In this document: positions 9,561 through 21,403 of the stretch, one piece after another | Numbering within the stretch: position 1 is the stretch's first letter | Layout: each line of letters opens with the position of its first letter | NCBI GenBank assembly: GCA_047602425.1 | Contig: JASGHG010000001.1 | Coordinates: 3,872,001-3,936,000, forward strand | Length of the DNA: 64,000 nt | Origin: Nibricoccus sp. | GTDB taxonomy: Bacteria > Verrucomicrobiota > Verrucomicrobiia > Opitutales > Opitutaceae | Direction: 5' to 3' | Program-made: the position numbers and the translations under genes | The notes under the pieces: model-generated | Told to the model about the DNA's origin: nothing | Databases searched by the model: none | The model's input: the letters and a program-made list of their open reading frames with translations, nothing else

Positions 9561-11688
9561 ACTCGACGAACTCCGGCAGCTCAAATGGCTGCTCGGCGGC
9601 TTGCTGACGTTGATTTCCATCACGTCGTTGCTCTATCTGGAGATCAATGCGTGGGGGTTCCTCGTCGTCAGCGTAGTCCTCGTTCCGCTGGCTCTCGTGC
9701 GACCTGCTTGGGTGGCTCGCGTGCCGTCGTTGGTTCACAAACTGGCCTTCCCCGGCGTCGTATTATACGTGGCATACGATTTCTACGTGCATAGCGAACC
9801 GCTGGCGTCGATGGTGCGGCTGGACGTGCTGTTGCTCTTGTATCGAAGTTGTCACTACCGCCGGCGGCGCGAGGACTTGCAGCTTATCGTGCTCGGTCTT
9901 TTTTTGATCGTGATCGCCGGTGTGATCACGGTGTCAATGGTGTTTGCGGCGCAGATCATTGCCTTTGTCGCTTGCGGGCTGTTGCTGCTATTTGTTGTGA
10001 CGCTGGTCGATGCCCAGGAGGGTGCCAAGGCGAACGAACCGGTGAAATTGAACGAAGCGCCCCGGTGGTCTCACCGGCGTTGGACGGAATTGCTGGCTCG
10101 CGTGCGCGCGACCTGCGACTGGCGGGTTTTCGCACTGGGCGGAGGGCTGTTTCTGGGCTTTGTGCTGATTTCCGGAGTGCTGTTCATGGCGATCCCGCGT
10201 TTCGATTTCAACAGTGGGCTGGCTTTTGACCGCATGCTGCCAAAGAAATCGCACACGGGATTTAGCGATATGTTGAGGTTTGGCGACGTGAACGATATTC
10301 AGCAGGACAACAGCGTGGTTTTGCGCGTGGAAGTGTCGGATCGCGCGTTGGTGCCGACGGCGCTCTACTGGCGTATGGTCGTGCTCGACGAATATCGTGA
10401 AGGCACGTTCCGGATGTCTACCGCATTGAAAGCTTCATCGTTTTCAAGAGAATCAACGGTGATGCGGATCGAAGGTCAGGAACCGCCCGCGCGGAACCGC
10501 CCGGCTTACTGGACGTTTTATCTGGAACCCGTGGCCGGTCGATATTTGCCTCTGACGGGTGGTTTTAGGAGGTTGTCGTTTACCGAGCCTCAATCGGTAC
10601 GTTATGCCCCCCAATTGAAGTTGTTGATGTTCGGCCGCGATCCGGTGGCGATGAAAGCCTACCGGGTGGAAGGCATGAACACGAACGAACAGCTCGCCGG
10701 CATGTTGCCACCGGCGGACTTTAAACCCGAACGGCTGAATCCGGCTTTGTCCGAAGACGATCGGAGCGTATTGCAGAAAACCGTGGCCACGATCACAGGA
10801 GGGGCCACGCTGAATCCTGAGGCGTTTGCGCGGGCGGCGATGATCTGGCTGGCGAAACAACATGGTTACTCTCTCAAATCTTCGCTCCCTGCCGGCCAAA
10901 ACGACCCGCTGGTGCGCTGGCTCGTCTCGCGTGAGCCCGGCCATTGCGAGCTGTTCGCCGCGTCGTTTGCGCTGCTGGCGCGCGCGGCGGGCCATCCGAC
11001 GCGGGTGGTCGCCGGCTACTTGGGCGGCACTTGGAACGACGATTACCTAATGGTGCGGAACTCCGACGCCCATGCTTGGTGTGAAATTTTTATTGGGCAT
11101 GGCCAGTGGTTGCGGGTGGATCCCACCAACGATGGGCCGCGACTGACGGGAGCGCTGCTGGGGCAGTCGACCAACAGTCTGCGCAACGCCGGCAAAACAT
11201 GGGAGGCGCGTTTTGATCGGCTGCGGATGTTGTGGTACCGGCATATCGTGAACTTCGACCAGGCGGATCAGCAGCAGCTTGTGCGACGGCTGAAGGAATC
11301 GGTCGAGGGCACTGGCCGTCAAATCCGCGAGCAAACCATCGCTTTTGTGACAGCCTTGAAAGAATGGCTGGCCCGCCCGTGGAACTTCGGGCGCTGGGCT
11401 CGCATGGCCGTCACGGTGTTATTGGGTGCGTTGTCCGGGTTTTTGATCCTGCGGGCGTTGCGACGAGGCTGGACGCAGTGGCGTTTTTCCAGCGGAAGAA
11501 CAATGGACCCCGTGCGGCGCGAAGCGGGGATTTGGTTACAACGATTGGATAAGTCGACTGAGTTGGGGAATTCCCCTGATGTGCAGTCGCGTTTGCAGCG
11601 GTTGCGTTATGGGCGTCGGGAAACCTGGCCGGAGCCGAAGCCGGTATTTCGCGCTGCCCGCGATCTCTGCCGCGGACGCCGACGTTGA
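9535..11688 (+). CDS. Membrane-bound transglutaminase-like protein (TgpA-type)
   Basis: Multi-TM N-terminus and Cys-His-Asp triad motifs GHCELFA, HAWCE, VDPT. Start uncertain (9523, 9529 or 9535). Confidence 0.88.
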   Translation: MAKSRPQLELDELRQLKWLLGGLLTLISITSLLYLEINAWGFLVVSVVLVPLALVRPAWVARVPSLVHKLAFPGVVLYVAYDFYVHSEPLASMVRLDVLLLLYRSCHYRRRREDLQLIVLGLFLIVIAGVITVSMVFAAQIIAFVACGLLLLFVVTLVDAQEGAKANEPVKLNEAPRWSHRRWTELLARVRATCDWRVFALGGGLFLGFVLISGVLFMAIPRFDFNSGLAFDRMLPKKSHTGFSDMLRFGDVNDIQQDNSVVLRVEVSDRALVPTALYWRMVVLDEYREGTFRMSTALKASSFSRESTVMRIEGQEPPARNRPAYWTFYLEPVAGRYLPLTGGFRRLSFTEPQSVRYAPQLKLLMFGRDPVAMKAYRVEGMNTNEQLAGMLPPADFKPERLNPALSEDDRSVLQKTVATITGGATLNPEAFARAAMIWLAKQHGYSLKSSLPAGQNDPLVRWLVSREPGHCELFAASFALLARAAGHPTRVVAGYLGGTWNDDYLMVRNSDAHAWCEIFIGHGQWLRVDPTNDGPRLTGALLGQSTNSLRNAGKTWEARFDRLRMLWYRHIVNFDQADQQQLVRRLKESVEGTGRQIREQTIAFVTALKEWLARPWNFGRWARMAVTVLLGALSGFLILRALRRGWTQWRFSSGRTMDPVRREAGIWLQRLDKSTELGNSPDVQSRLQRLRYGRRETWPEPKPVFRAARDLCRGRRR

Positions 11689-13707
11689 TCAGCGGCCGGG
11701 TGCCGTGATGATGGCGGCGGCCGGCGGCGCGCCCGCGGGCTTGGCGATGGCGGGTTGCGCGGCGGCGGTTTTCTTTTCGAAATATCTTTTTAAAATCTTC
11801 GCGGCGATCGGCGCGGAATAAAGACCGCCGGCGAACTGCTCGCCGGGAGTATCGCTTTGGATGGCTACAGCGACGGCAATTTCAGGTTTCTCTTTTGGGG
11901 CAAAACAAATGAACCAGGCCACGTTGAGCTTGTTCGCGTATTGTGCCGTTCCTGTTTTGCCGACTACCTGGACTCCGGGAATTTGGTATTCAGGGATTTT
12001 AAAGGTCGCCGCTGCTGTTCCGTGGGTCACACATCCTTCCATGCCATCTATCACGGCAGCATATTGTGCATTGGTTAATCCAATTGGTTCGTTGTTTTGG
12101 ACGCTCGGAACGGAATGATGTTCGAGGGTAGGCTTGGTGAATGTCTGGCGTCGCGCAACAGAAGCGGCAAAACAAGCCATTTGTAGAGGGGAGAGCTGTA
12201 CGAATCCTTGGCCGATTGCCATATTAGCGGTATCGCCAGGAACCCAGCCTTCCTGACGATTTGTCTTTTTCCACGTTGGATCGGGAATGATCATCCGGCG
12301 CGTTTCAGTCGGGAGCTCGATTCCGGTGGGACGGTCGAGATGAAAACGCCGCGCCTCGGCGGCTATAACCTCGGACGTCATTTGCATTCCGTAGGTATAA
12401 AAATAAATATCGCAGCTGTGAGCAATGGCTTCGCGTAGGGCAACAACCCCGTGGCGCGCCAGGCCGTTATCACAAGTCTTGTTGCTGTTGCCGATGCGCA
12501 TGGTGCCAACGCAGTCGACCGTATCTGCATTAATTGAGAGCGATCCGCTGCGCAGACCGGCGATCGAGACAAGGATTTTGAAAGTGGAACCTGGGGGCCA
12601 GACGCCATTAACTGCTCGATTGAGCCAAGCTTTGTCCGCCTCAATCTTATCGGCTGCCGCTTGCGTCAGACGTGGAGAAAATAAATTAAGGTCGTAGTCG
12701 GGCATGCTCGCGAGGGTGAGCACTTCGCCGGATTTGATGTCGATCGCGACTGCGGCACCGTGAAGCTCGTTGGCAGCGAGTTCTTTTTCCGCAAGCTGCT
12801 GAAGATCGATGTCGAGGCTAAGCGTCACGCTCTTGCCTTGAGCCGGAATTTTACGGAACACGGGTGGTTCGACCCGATAACCCGCAGGATCGACTCGATA
12901 CACGACACCACCAGTTTCTCCCTGAAGAAGGTCGTTATATTCGGCCTCGATGCCATCTTTGCCGATGGCTCCGCGAACCTTGAAAGTGTTCTTGTCGTTA
13001 AAAGTGGCTAGATTGGCGGCGTTGTAGTCTTCGTCGGCCTCGATTTCATCGTTGCTGGAAACGTAGCCAAGTACATGAGAGGTCGCTGCGCCGTACGGAT
13101 AGTAGCGTGTACTTGAGGCATACACCTGCAAGGGCGATTTGATCTCAATTTGCTCGAGCAATTTGGCGTATTCGTCCGGGGTAAGATCCTCGATCAACGT
13201 GAAGGGCAGCAGCAGTTCACCGTGGAAATGGCGGTTGAGGTCCTTGGCATCGAGTTTCTCGGTCCGACCGATGATGGCATTGACCCGGTCCAAGTATCGT
13301 TGAACGACGGCGTAGCGGGCGATTTGCGCCATTTGGCCGAGACTTGGGATGTCCTTGTCGCCGAGTTCGCGGTAGTTTTTCCGGATGATCCGGGATTCTT
13401 TCAGGAATTCCTTCCGGAGTTCGTCGAGGTGTAATCTGATGGAAAAACGCGCGCGATTGCCGACGAGCAAACGGCCTTCGCGGTCATAGATGTTGCCCCG
13501 CGCGCCGGGGATTAGGATTCGACGTTGGTTCTGCTGACGCTCGCGCTCGTGATAAATGTCGGTTTTGAAGAGTTGTTGATAAGCAAGGCCGACGACGAGG
13601 GCGATGAGCAGCGCGGCGATGACGAAATAGAAAAACAGGGTGCGCGGGTCGTAGCCCTTGTGGGTTTCGACCAGATTTCCTGAACGCTCGGCAAGATTGT
13701 TGGCCAT
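11689..13707 (-). CDS. mrdA: Penicillin-binding protein 2 (class B transpeptidase)
   Basis: RGNIYDR, PGSTFK (SxxK), SCD, KTGT; follows mreD. Start placed at ATG 13707 (MANNLAERS). Confidence 0.92.
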   Translation of the reverse strand: MANNLAERSGNLVETHKGYDPRTLFFYFVIAALLIALVVGLAYQQLFKTDIYHERERQQNQRRILIPGARGNIYDREGRLLVGNRARFSIRLHLDELRKEFLKESRIIRKNYRELGDKDIPSLGQMAQIARYAVVQRYLDRVNAIIGRTEKLDAKDLNRHFHGELLLPFTLIEDLTPDEYAKLLEQIEIKSPLQVYASSTRYYPYGAATSHVLGYVSSNDEIEADEDYNAANLATFNDKNTFKVRGAIGKDGIEAEYNDLLQGETGGVVYRVDPAGYRVEPPVFRKIPAQGKSVTLSLDIDLQQLAEKELAANELHGAAVAIDIKSGEVLTLASMPDYDLNLFSPRLTQAAADKIEADKAWLNRAVNGVWPPGSTFKILVSIAGLRSGSLSINADTVDCVGTMRIGNSNKTCDNGLARHGVVALREAIAHSCDIYFYTYGMQMTSEVIAAEARRFHLDRPTGIELPTETRRMIIPDPTWKKTNRQEGWVPGDTANMAIGQGFVQLSPLQMACFAASVARRQTFTKPTLEHHSVPSVQNNEPIGLTNAQYAAVIDGMEGCVTHGTAAATFKIPEYQIPGVQVVGKTGTAQYANKLNVAWFICFAPKEKPEIAVAVAIQSDTPGEQFAGGLYSAPIAAKILKRYFEKKTAAAQPAIAKPAGAPPAAAIITAPGR

Positions 13708-13714
13708 GACCGAA

Positions 13715-14236
13715 TCAGAGTCCGCGTTGTTCGCGTCGGAGGGAAACGCCGCAAAGCTCCAGCGAACGTTCCTGCAAGGCGAAGAACCACGGGGCAACGA
13801 TGAGTATCAGCAATTCGGAAACGAGCAATTCGCACAACAGACGCAGGATCATCGCCGGCGGAGCGGGGGAGCGGTGGATGAGTGCGAACGTGATCATCAG
13901 GAAAAGGATGAGATTGGCGATCAGGGCGACAATCACTCCGAAGATGGTTTCTTCGCGAGGAAAGCGTCCCCGGAAATTATAAATCATCGTGTGCGCAATT
14001 GCGAAGAACAGCGCATGAAAACCGAAAGAGACGGCAGCGGAGGAGTCGACGAATAGCCCGATTAAAATCGAGCACCACCAACCCTCGCGAAAACCGAGCC
14101 GCAGCGCGGAGAACGTTACCAGCAACCCGCCGACAAAAACGCTGATATGCAGAGGCGAAAATACGTGGTTAATCTGGCATACGCACGTCCAAAGCACCAA
14201 GCAGCAGCCGAGCAAGATGAAGGTGGCACGCGTCAT
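13715..14236 (-). CDS. mreD: Rod shape-determining protein MreD
   Basis: 173-aa polytopic membrane protein (GLFVD..FG) between mreC and mrdA. Confidence 0.78.
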   Translation of the reverse strand: MTRATFILLGCCLVLWTCVCQINHVFSPLHISVFVGGLLVTFSALRLGFREGWWCSILIGLFVDSSAAVSFGFHALFFAIAHTMIYNFRGRFPREETIFGVIVALIANLILFLMITFALIHRSPAPPAMILRLLCELLVSELLILIVAPWFFALQERSLELCGVSLRREQRGL

Positions 14237-15084
14237 GGTTTCGTGGATACAGAAGCCTCGGCTGTAATCGGCACGAGCACGGCGACTTCCTCGACGGAGT
14301 CGAGACGCGGATCAAGTTTGACGTCGCCGGACTTGAAAAGACCGTCGGTGCTGGGATCGAGACGAACGATGTCGCCGATTTTCAGGCCGGGCGGAAAAAC
14401 GCCGCCCAGTCCCGAGGTGACGAGCCGACGCGGAGCAGAAGGTGTCGCGGTCATTTCGAGCGGAACGAATTCCACCCGACCCATGGCGGGTCCAAACACC
14501 GGATTTTTTCCACCCTGATAACTGAGCGGCCGGCTGTCGCCTTCGATATTCGCGGCGAGTCGCAAACCTGGATTGCTGATCATGAGAACTTCGGACTCAT
14601 AGGCGTGAACCGCGCTGATGTGGCCCACGACGCCGCCAGTAAAAATCACGGGTGAACCGACCGTGATGCCATGATTCGCGCCTTTGCGGATGATCAGGAC
14701 CTGCCACCAACTATTGAAATCGCGACGGACGACGCGGGCGGGCTCGGAGCGGTATTCGGTGCGGGAAGGCAGCTTCAAGAGCTCTTCGAGGCGGGCGACT
14801 TCGCCTTGAAGTGCGGCATTTTGCTGAATGCTGGTCTCGTACTTGGCGTTGAGGTGCGCGAGATCGATGCCGGCCTCGATCAGTTCGTTTTTAGTGCGAG
14901 TGCGCAGCGACCAGAATTCCCGCACATCGCGCACTCCGGACGCGGCGGTATCAATCGGCGCCTGAAATTCGAAAAAGCTCAGGCGCATGTACCGTTTGGA
15001 AAGGGTCGGCACGATCAACCACGCCAGGACGATTATGCCGAGGGTGATAAAAGGTTGGGCCTGATCAAAGCGTTTGGGGAGCAC
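14233..15084 (-). CDS. mreC: Rod shape-determining protein MreC
   Basis: TM helix, coiled coil, GVVG and VTSGLGGVFPPGLKIG motifs. Confidence 0.93.
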   Translation of the reverse strand: MLPKRFDQAQPFITLGIIVLAWLIVPTLSKRYMRLSFFEFQAPIDTAASGVRDVREFWSLRTRTKNELIEAGIDLAHLNAKYETSIQQNAALQGEVARLEELLKLPSRTEYRSEPARVVRRDFNSWWQVLIIRKGANHGITVGSPVIFTGGVVGHISAVHAYESEVLMISNPGLRLAANIEGDSRPLSYQGGKNPVFGPAMGRVEFVPLEMTATPSAPRRLVTSGLGGVFPPGLKIGDIVRLDPSTDGLFKSGDVKLDPRLDSVEEVAVLVPITAEASVSTKP

Positions 15085-15162
15085 GACTGTGCATCCTGTT
15101 TACTTGAGAATCACGTGGAATGGCACGGAAATTCTTCTCAAGATTTCAAACGTAGGAATTGT

Positions 15163-15654
15163 TTACACTCGACCGAGCTTTTGAACGATCGTCGCAATGG
15201 TGCCGCCAAGCACGGTGCCGACAAACGAGAGCGTGACTTCGGTGGGAAGTCCGGCTGCGACATTTAAGATGGCGAGCACGATCGTGGTGAAAGCCGCAAA
15301 CATCAGGACCCATTTCACGACTTCGTCCGAGCGAGTGGTTCGACCCCCACGTAGCGTTAGGAGCGTGACCCGGTTGTTTTCCAAAAGCCCCAGTTTCTCT
15401 TTTGCGCTCAACTTCGTGTCGGCGAGAATCTGATTTCGTTCTTCGAGTAGTTGATTGACTCCGGCGTTTTGCAGGGGAGTAAACGTTGCGGCGATCGGAG
15501 TGCTTTTCACCGACGATTCGGCGGAGGGAGCGGCGAAAAAATGCGCGCCAGGGAGCGCAGAGGGGGCAGGTAGCGGCGCGCCGGGCGGACAACGGGTATC
15601 TTCGGGCGATTCTTCTTCTTCGCGCAAAATAGAAGGTGGACGGAGCAGAGGCAT
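15163..15654 (-). CDS. Hypothetical membrane protein between mreB and mreC
   Basis: 163-aa ORF fills the gap in the same orientation; Pro/Glu-rich N-terminus and two C-terminal hydrophobic helices. Confidence 0.65.
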   Translation of the reverse strand: MPLLRPPSILREEEESPEDTRCPPGAPLPAPSALPGAHFFAAPSAESSVKSTPIAATFTPLQNAGVNQLLEERNQILADTKLSAKEKLGLLENNRVTLLTLRGGRTTRSDEVVKWVLMFAAFTTIVLAILNVAAGLPTEVTLSFVGTVLGGTIATIVQKLGRV

Positions 15655-15716
15655 GTGATTTCGGGGTTTTGAAATTTGCCTCGCCCGGCTGCGCTACTTA
15701 GTCGCGCGTCGGCGCC

Positions 15717-16733
15717 TCAGACGTTCTGCATGACCCAATTCAGGTCATTCAGGACGGCGCCGGTGCCGTTAGCGACGGCGGAGAGCGGGTCGTCGGCAAC
15801 GGTGACGGGCAGGCCGGTCTTTTCGCTGAGCAGGCGGTCAATGCCGCGGATGAGCGAGCCGCCACCGGCCATCACGAAACCGCGGTCAACCAAGTCGGCG
15901 GAAAGTTCAGGCGGACAGCGTTCGAGCGTGGTGCGGACGGCGTCGACGATCGCGCCAATCGTATCGCTGAGGGCTTCGCGGACTTCCTGCGAGGTGATGT
16001 GAATGGTCTTGGGAAGGCCGGCCACGGAATCGCGGCCTTTGACTTCCATTGAGAGCTCCTCTTCGAGCGGATACGCGGAACCGATGCGCATCTTGATCTC
16101 TTCCGCGGTGCGTTCGCCGATGAGGAGGTTGTAGGCGCGCTTCATGTAGTTGACGACGGCCATGTCGAGTTCGTCGCCGGCCACACGTATTGATTTGGAG
16201 AATACAATGCCGGAAAGGGAGATGATGGCGATTTCCGTGGTGCCGCCGCCGATGTCGACGATCATGTTGGCGGCGGGCTCGTCGATCGGAAGGCCAACGC
16301 CAATGGCGGCAGCCATCGGTTCGGGAATCGTGATGACGTCGCGGGCGCCGGCGTGGGTGGCGGAGTCTTTGACCGCGCGTTTTTCAACTTCGGTGATGCC
16401 GGAAGGAATGGCGATAACGACGCGGGGGGCAACGCGCAGGGAATTGTTGTGAACCTTGCGAATGAAGTAGCGCAGCATCGCCTCGGTGACGTCGAAATCG
16501 GCGATGACGCCGTCTTTCATCGGGCGGATGGCGGTGATGTTGCCAGGGGTGCGGCCCAGCATTTTTTTGGCTTCGTCGCCGACGGCGCGAACTTTGCGCG
16601 TGGTGGTATCGAGCGCGACGACTGAAGGTTCGCGGAGGATGATCCCCTTGTCCTTGACGTAGACGAGTGTGTTGGCAGTGCCGAGGTCGATGCCGATGTC
16701 GTTGGAGAAGTAACCGAACAAGTTCGAAGCCAT
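15717..16733 (-). CDS. mreB: Rod shape-determining actin-like protein MreB
   Basis: IGIDLGTANT, RPMKDGVIADF, DIGGGTTE; start ATG 16733. Confidence 0.97.
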   Translation of the reverse strand: MASNLFGYFSNDIGIDLGTANTLVYVKDKGIILREPSVVALDTTTRKVRAVGDEAKKMLGRTPGNITAIRPMKDGVIADFDVTEAMLRYFIRKVHNNSLRVAPRVVIAIPSGITEVEKRAVKDSATHAGARDVITIPEPMAAAIGVGLPIDEPAANMIVDIGGGTTEIAIISLSGIVFSKSIRVAGDELDMAVVNYMKRAYNLLIGERTAEEIKMRIGSAYPLEEELSMEVKGRDSVAGLPKTIHITSQEVREALSDTIGAIVDAVRTTLERCPPELSADLVDRGFVMAGGGSLIRGIDRLLSEKTGLPVTVADDPLSAVANGTGAVLNDLNWVMQNV

Positions 16734-16876
16734 GATTTGTGTAATGCGGCGGCGTTGCGCCCACGGAAAACAATCGGTGTATGCGCTCGCTGTCAAAGGG
16801 GAAACGCAAGTCTTACGCAGGAAAAGAGCTGAAAGCGCAGCTTGACGGTAGTGCGGATTATGCGACTTGGTGAGGC

Positions 16877-19201
16877 ATGTCCACCCACGGAATCCATTTC
16901 ATTCAGGATCTGGCCGTCATTCTCATCGCGGCGGGTGTTGTTGGCTGGATCTGCCAACGGCTCGGGTTGTCGGTGGTGGTGGGTTTTCTTGCGGCAGGCA
17001 TTTTGATCGGGCCGAACACGCCTCCATTCGCGTTGGTCGAGGATATTGGTCGGGTGGATACACTGGCGCAGATCGGGCTGGTGTTCCTGATGTTTTCCAT
17101 TGGGTTGAAGTTGAGTCTGCGGCGTCTTCGCGGGCTGGGCTTTTCGCTTTTGCTGGCGGTGGCGAGCGGTGCGGCGATTATTTTTTATACAACGCGGGTG
17201 GCGGGCGCGGTGGTGGGCTTTGGCGGGAAAGAAAGTCTTTTTCTTGCAGCGATGCTGATGGTTTCGTCGTCGTCGATCATCACGAAAGTGCTGCAAGAAG
17301 CCGGCGCAACCCACGAGCGCGCGGGTCAACTCGCGATGGGCGTGACGGTATTGGAAGACGTCGTGGCGGTGGTGATGCTGACTTTGCTCAATTCCGTGGT
17401 GAAGTTTGGCGGTTTGGGCAACGCGCCGATTGGAACGACGTTGGGCTTGTTTGGCGCCTTTGTGGTCCTGGCGAGTGTTGGCGGTTTATTATTGGTGCCT
17501 TGGTTGTTGAGAAAATTGAGCGTATCCATGGGGGACGAATTGCAGACGGTCGCGCTGGCGGGAATGTTGTTCACCCTGGCGGTTGTCGCGCATTGGGCGG
17601 GTTACTCGCTGGCGCTGGGCGCATTTTTGCTGGGCACGATTGTGGCGGAAACGCCGCACTGCACGCAGGTGGAGCGGACCTTCGAGGGCATGCGCGACGT
17701 ATTTACGGCGGTGTTTTTCGTGGCAATTGGTATGGAGATCGACCTGCGCCTATTGGGCCAGGCGATCGGCTGGGTAATCGGCGTTTCGGTTTTCACGCTG
17801 CTGGTTCGGCCCTTGGCGATGGCAGTTGGACTCACCTTAATCGGTAAATCGGTTCGGGAATCGTTGCAGGTCGGTCTTTCGGTGACGCCAATCGGGGAGT
17901 TTTCCTTCGTGATCGCTCAGTTGGGCGTCGGGGCGGCGGTGGTGCCGGGCAAATTTTACCCGCTGGCGGTGGGAGTGTCGCTGGTCACCACGCTGGCGGC
18001 GCCATTGATCACCCGGCACGCGGCCAAAATTAGTGATTGGGTGATAGTTCGTCAGCCGAGGGTATTCGGTCTCTGGCACGCGTATTATCACACCTGGCTG
18101 GAAAAGTTGCAGGCGCGGCAGAAGAGAAATCTGCTCTGGCAACTCAGCAAAAAACGCCTCGTGCAGGTGGGATTGGAGATGTTGTTTGTCACAGGGTTGC
18201 TGGCATTTTCGGAGCAACTCTGGCGGGCCGGAGAAAAATGGCTGGGCAAGGATTGGCTTTTTCCAAACGGACTCGCGATTTTGTTCTGGCTCGCCATGGC
18301 CTTGGTGGTCCTCGCGCCGTTGGTCGCGATCTGGCGAAATCTTTCCGCGCTGTGTCTGCTTTACTCGCAGGTCTCGACCGAGGGGCACGCGGATGCGCGG
18401 CGGATGCGTCCAGTGTTGGACCGGCTGTTTCGTTTTGTGGTGGGCATGAGCCTTTATGTTTGGCTGTCGACGCTGGTTCCGATGGAGGGTCGCGCGAGTT
18501 GGATCATTATCGGGAGCGGTGCGGTGGCTCTGGGGGCTTTGTTTTTCTTCCAACGCAAACTTGTGTACTGGCACAGCGAACTGGAGATCGGATTGCAGGA
18601 GGTCTTCAATAAAAACGAACACCTTGCGACCGATCTGAACGCGCCATGGCTCCGCCCGCATGGCGATTGGAATTTGAGCGTGATCGACTGCGTTTTGCCG
18701 GACCTTGCGGATGCGCAGGGGCGGCGCATTGCAGATCTGGATTTGCGCGCGCGTTTCGGTTGCACGGTGGTGGGCGTGGTTCGGCAGGGCTTTCTGATTT
18801 CGCTTCCGACGCCCGAAACCGTGCTCTATCCGCGGGACAAAGTCTTGCTGCTGGGAACGGCCCAGCAGGTGGAGGCGGCGCAAAAATTTCTTCGAGCTGT
18901 TTCTGGATCGTTGCCGGCTGCCACCGAGTTCGAGGACGTGCGGATGGAATCGATGTTGGTGCCGACGGGAAGCCCAGCATCGGGGCAGAGTCTCAAAACG
19001 CTTTCACCGGCACAAAAACACGGCGTGCAGATTGCCGGTATTCGCCGTGGCACTACGCGTCTACTCAGTCCGGCAGGCGAGGAGGTGATTGGGGCGGGCG
19101 ATGAACTGCTCGTCTTGGGCTTGCCCGATCGGATCCACGATTTTCGCGACTGGTTGCAAGAGCGATCGCAAAAGGACGCGACAAGCTCGGAGCGACAATA
19201 A
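16877..19201 (+). CDS. CPA2-family cation:proton antiporter with two C-terminal RCK_C (TrkA-C) domains
   Basis: GLVFLMFSIGL, LEDV, LGAFLLG, FFVAIG, GEFSFVI; two RCK_C repeats (LRARFGCTVVGVVRQG..RDKVLLLG and HGVQIAGIRRG..GDELLVLG). Confidence 0.9.
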   Translation: MSTHGIHFIQDLAVILIAAGVVGWICQRLGLSVVVGFLAAGILIGPNTPPFALVEDIGRVDTLAQIGLVFLMFSIGLKLSLRRLRGLGFSLLLAVASGAAIIFYTTRVAGAVVGFGGKESLFLAAMLMVSSSSIITKVLQEAGATHERAGQLAMGVTVLEDVVAVVMLTLLNSVVKFGGLGNAPIGTTLGLFGAFVVLASVGGLLLVPWLLRKLSVSMGDELQTVALAGMLFTLAVVAHWAGYSLALGAFLLGTIVAETPHCTQVERTFEGMRDVFTAVFFVAIGMEIDLRLLGQAIGWVIGVSVFTLLVRPLAMAVGLTLIGKSVRESLQVGLSVTPIGEFSFVIAQLGVGAAVVPGKFYPLAVGVSLVTTLAAPLITRHAAKISDWVIVRQPRVFGLWHAYYHTWLEKLQARQKRNLLWQLSKKRLVQVGLEMLFVTGLLAFSEQLWRAGEKWLGKDWLFPNGLAILFWLAMALVVLAPLVAIWRNLSALCLLYSQVSTEGHADARRMRPVLDRLFRFVVGMSLYVWLSTLVPMEGRASWIIIGSGAVALGALFFFQRKLVYWHSELEIGLQEVFNKNEHLATDLNAPWLRPHGDWNLSVIDCVLPDLADAQGRRIADLDLRARFGCTVVGVVRQGFLISLPTPETVLYPRDKVLLLGTAQQVEAAQKFLRAVSGSLPAATEFEDVRMESMLVPTGSPASGQSLKTLSPAQKHGVQIAGIRRGTTRLLSPAGEEVIGAGDELLVLGLPDRIHDFRDWLQERSQKDATSSERQ

Positions 19202-19225
19202 AAAAGCGCGCTGTTCAGGCGCGCC
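19200..19225 (-). terminator. Intrinsic terminator after tatA
   Basis: Minus strand GGCGCGC-ctgaaca-GCGCGCT followed by a T run. Confidence 0.65.
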
Positions 19226-19252
19226 TTGAAACTAAGTATGTTTTAAGAACGA

Positions 19253-19495
19253 TTAGTTCTTGCCGTCGGTTTTTGGCGAAGCGGCGGGGGCTGCTGGTTT
19301 GGCATCCGCGGATTTTTCGAGCTCGTCGTCCTTCTGCGCCTTTTTGAACTCCTTGATCGACTGGCCAAGTCCTCGAGCGAGGCTGGGAAGTTTGGCGCCG
19401 CCGAAGAGCAGAACGATGATGAGCAGAATGACAATCAGTTCGGTGCCACCGAGGCCAAAAATGCCTGCGAGAGGTGTTGAAGGGAGGCTGTTCAT
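19253..19495 (-). CDS. tatA: Twin-arginine translocase subunit TatA
   Basis: [34 protein letters not shown]. Confidence 0.95.
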   Translation of the reverse strand: MNSLPSTPLAGIFGLGGTELIVILLIIVLLFGGAKLPSLARGLGQSIKEFKKAQKDDELEKSADAKPAAPAASPKTDGKN

Positions 19496-19562
19496 GTTTA
19501 GGCGAAACTATGCCGTGAGGGCGGTTGAGTAAAGGCGCTAAATGATTTTATCGGTCGTACCG

Positions 19563-21380
<1,818 letters not shown>

Positions 21381-21403
21381 GATGTTGGAAAAATGGGAAA
21401 AAG

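Noticed and set aside
15121..15136. TGGCACGG sigma54-like -24 box
   Set aside because: There is no GC at the -12 position and it points antisense to the mre operon.
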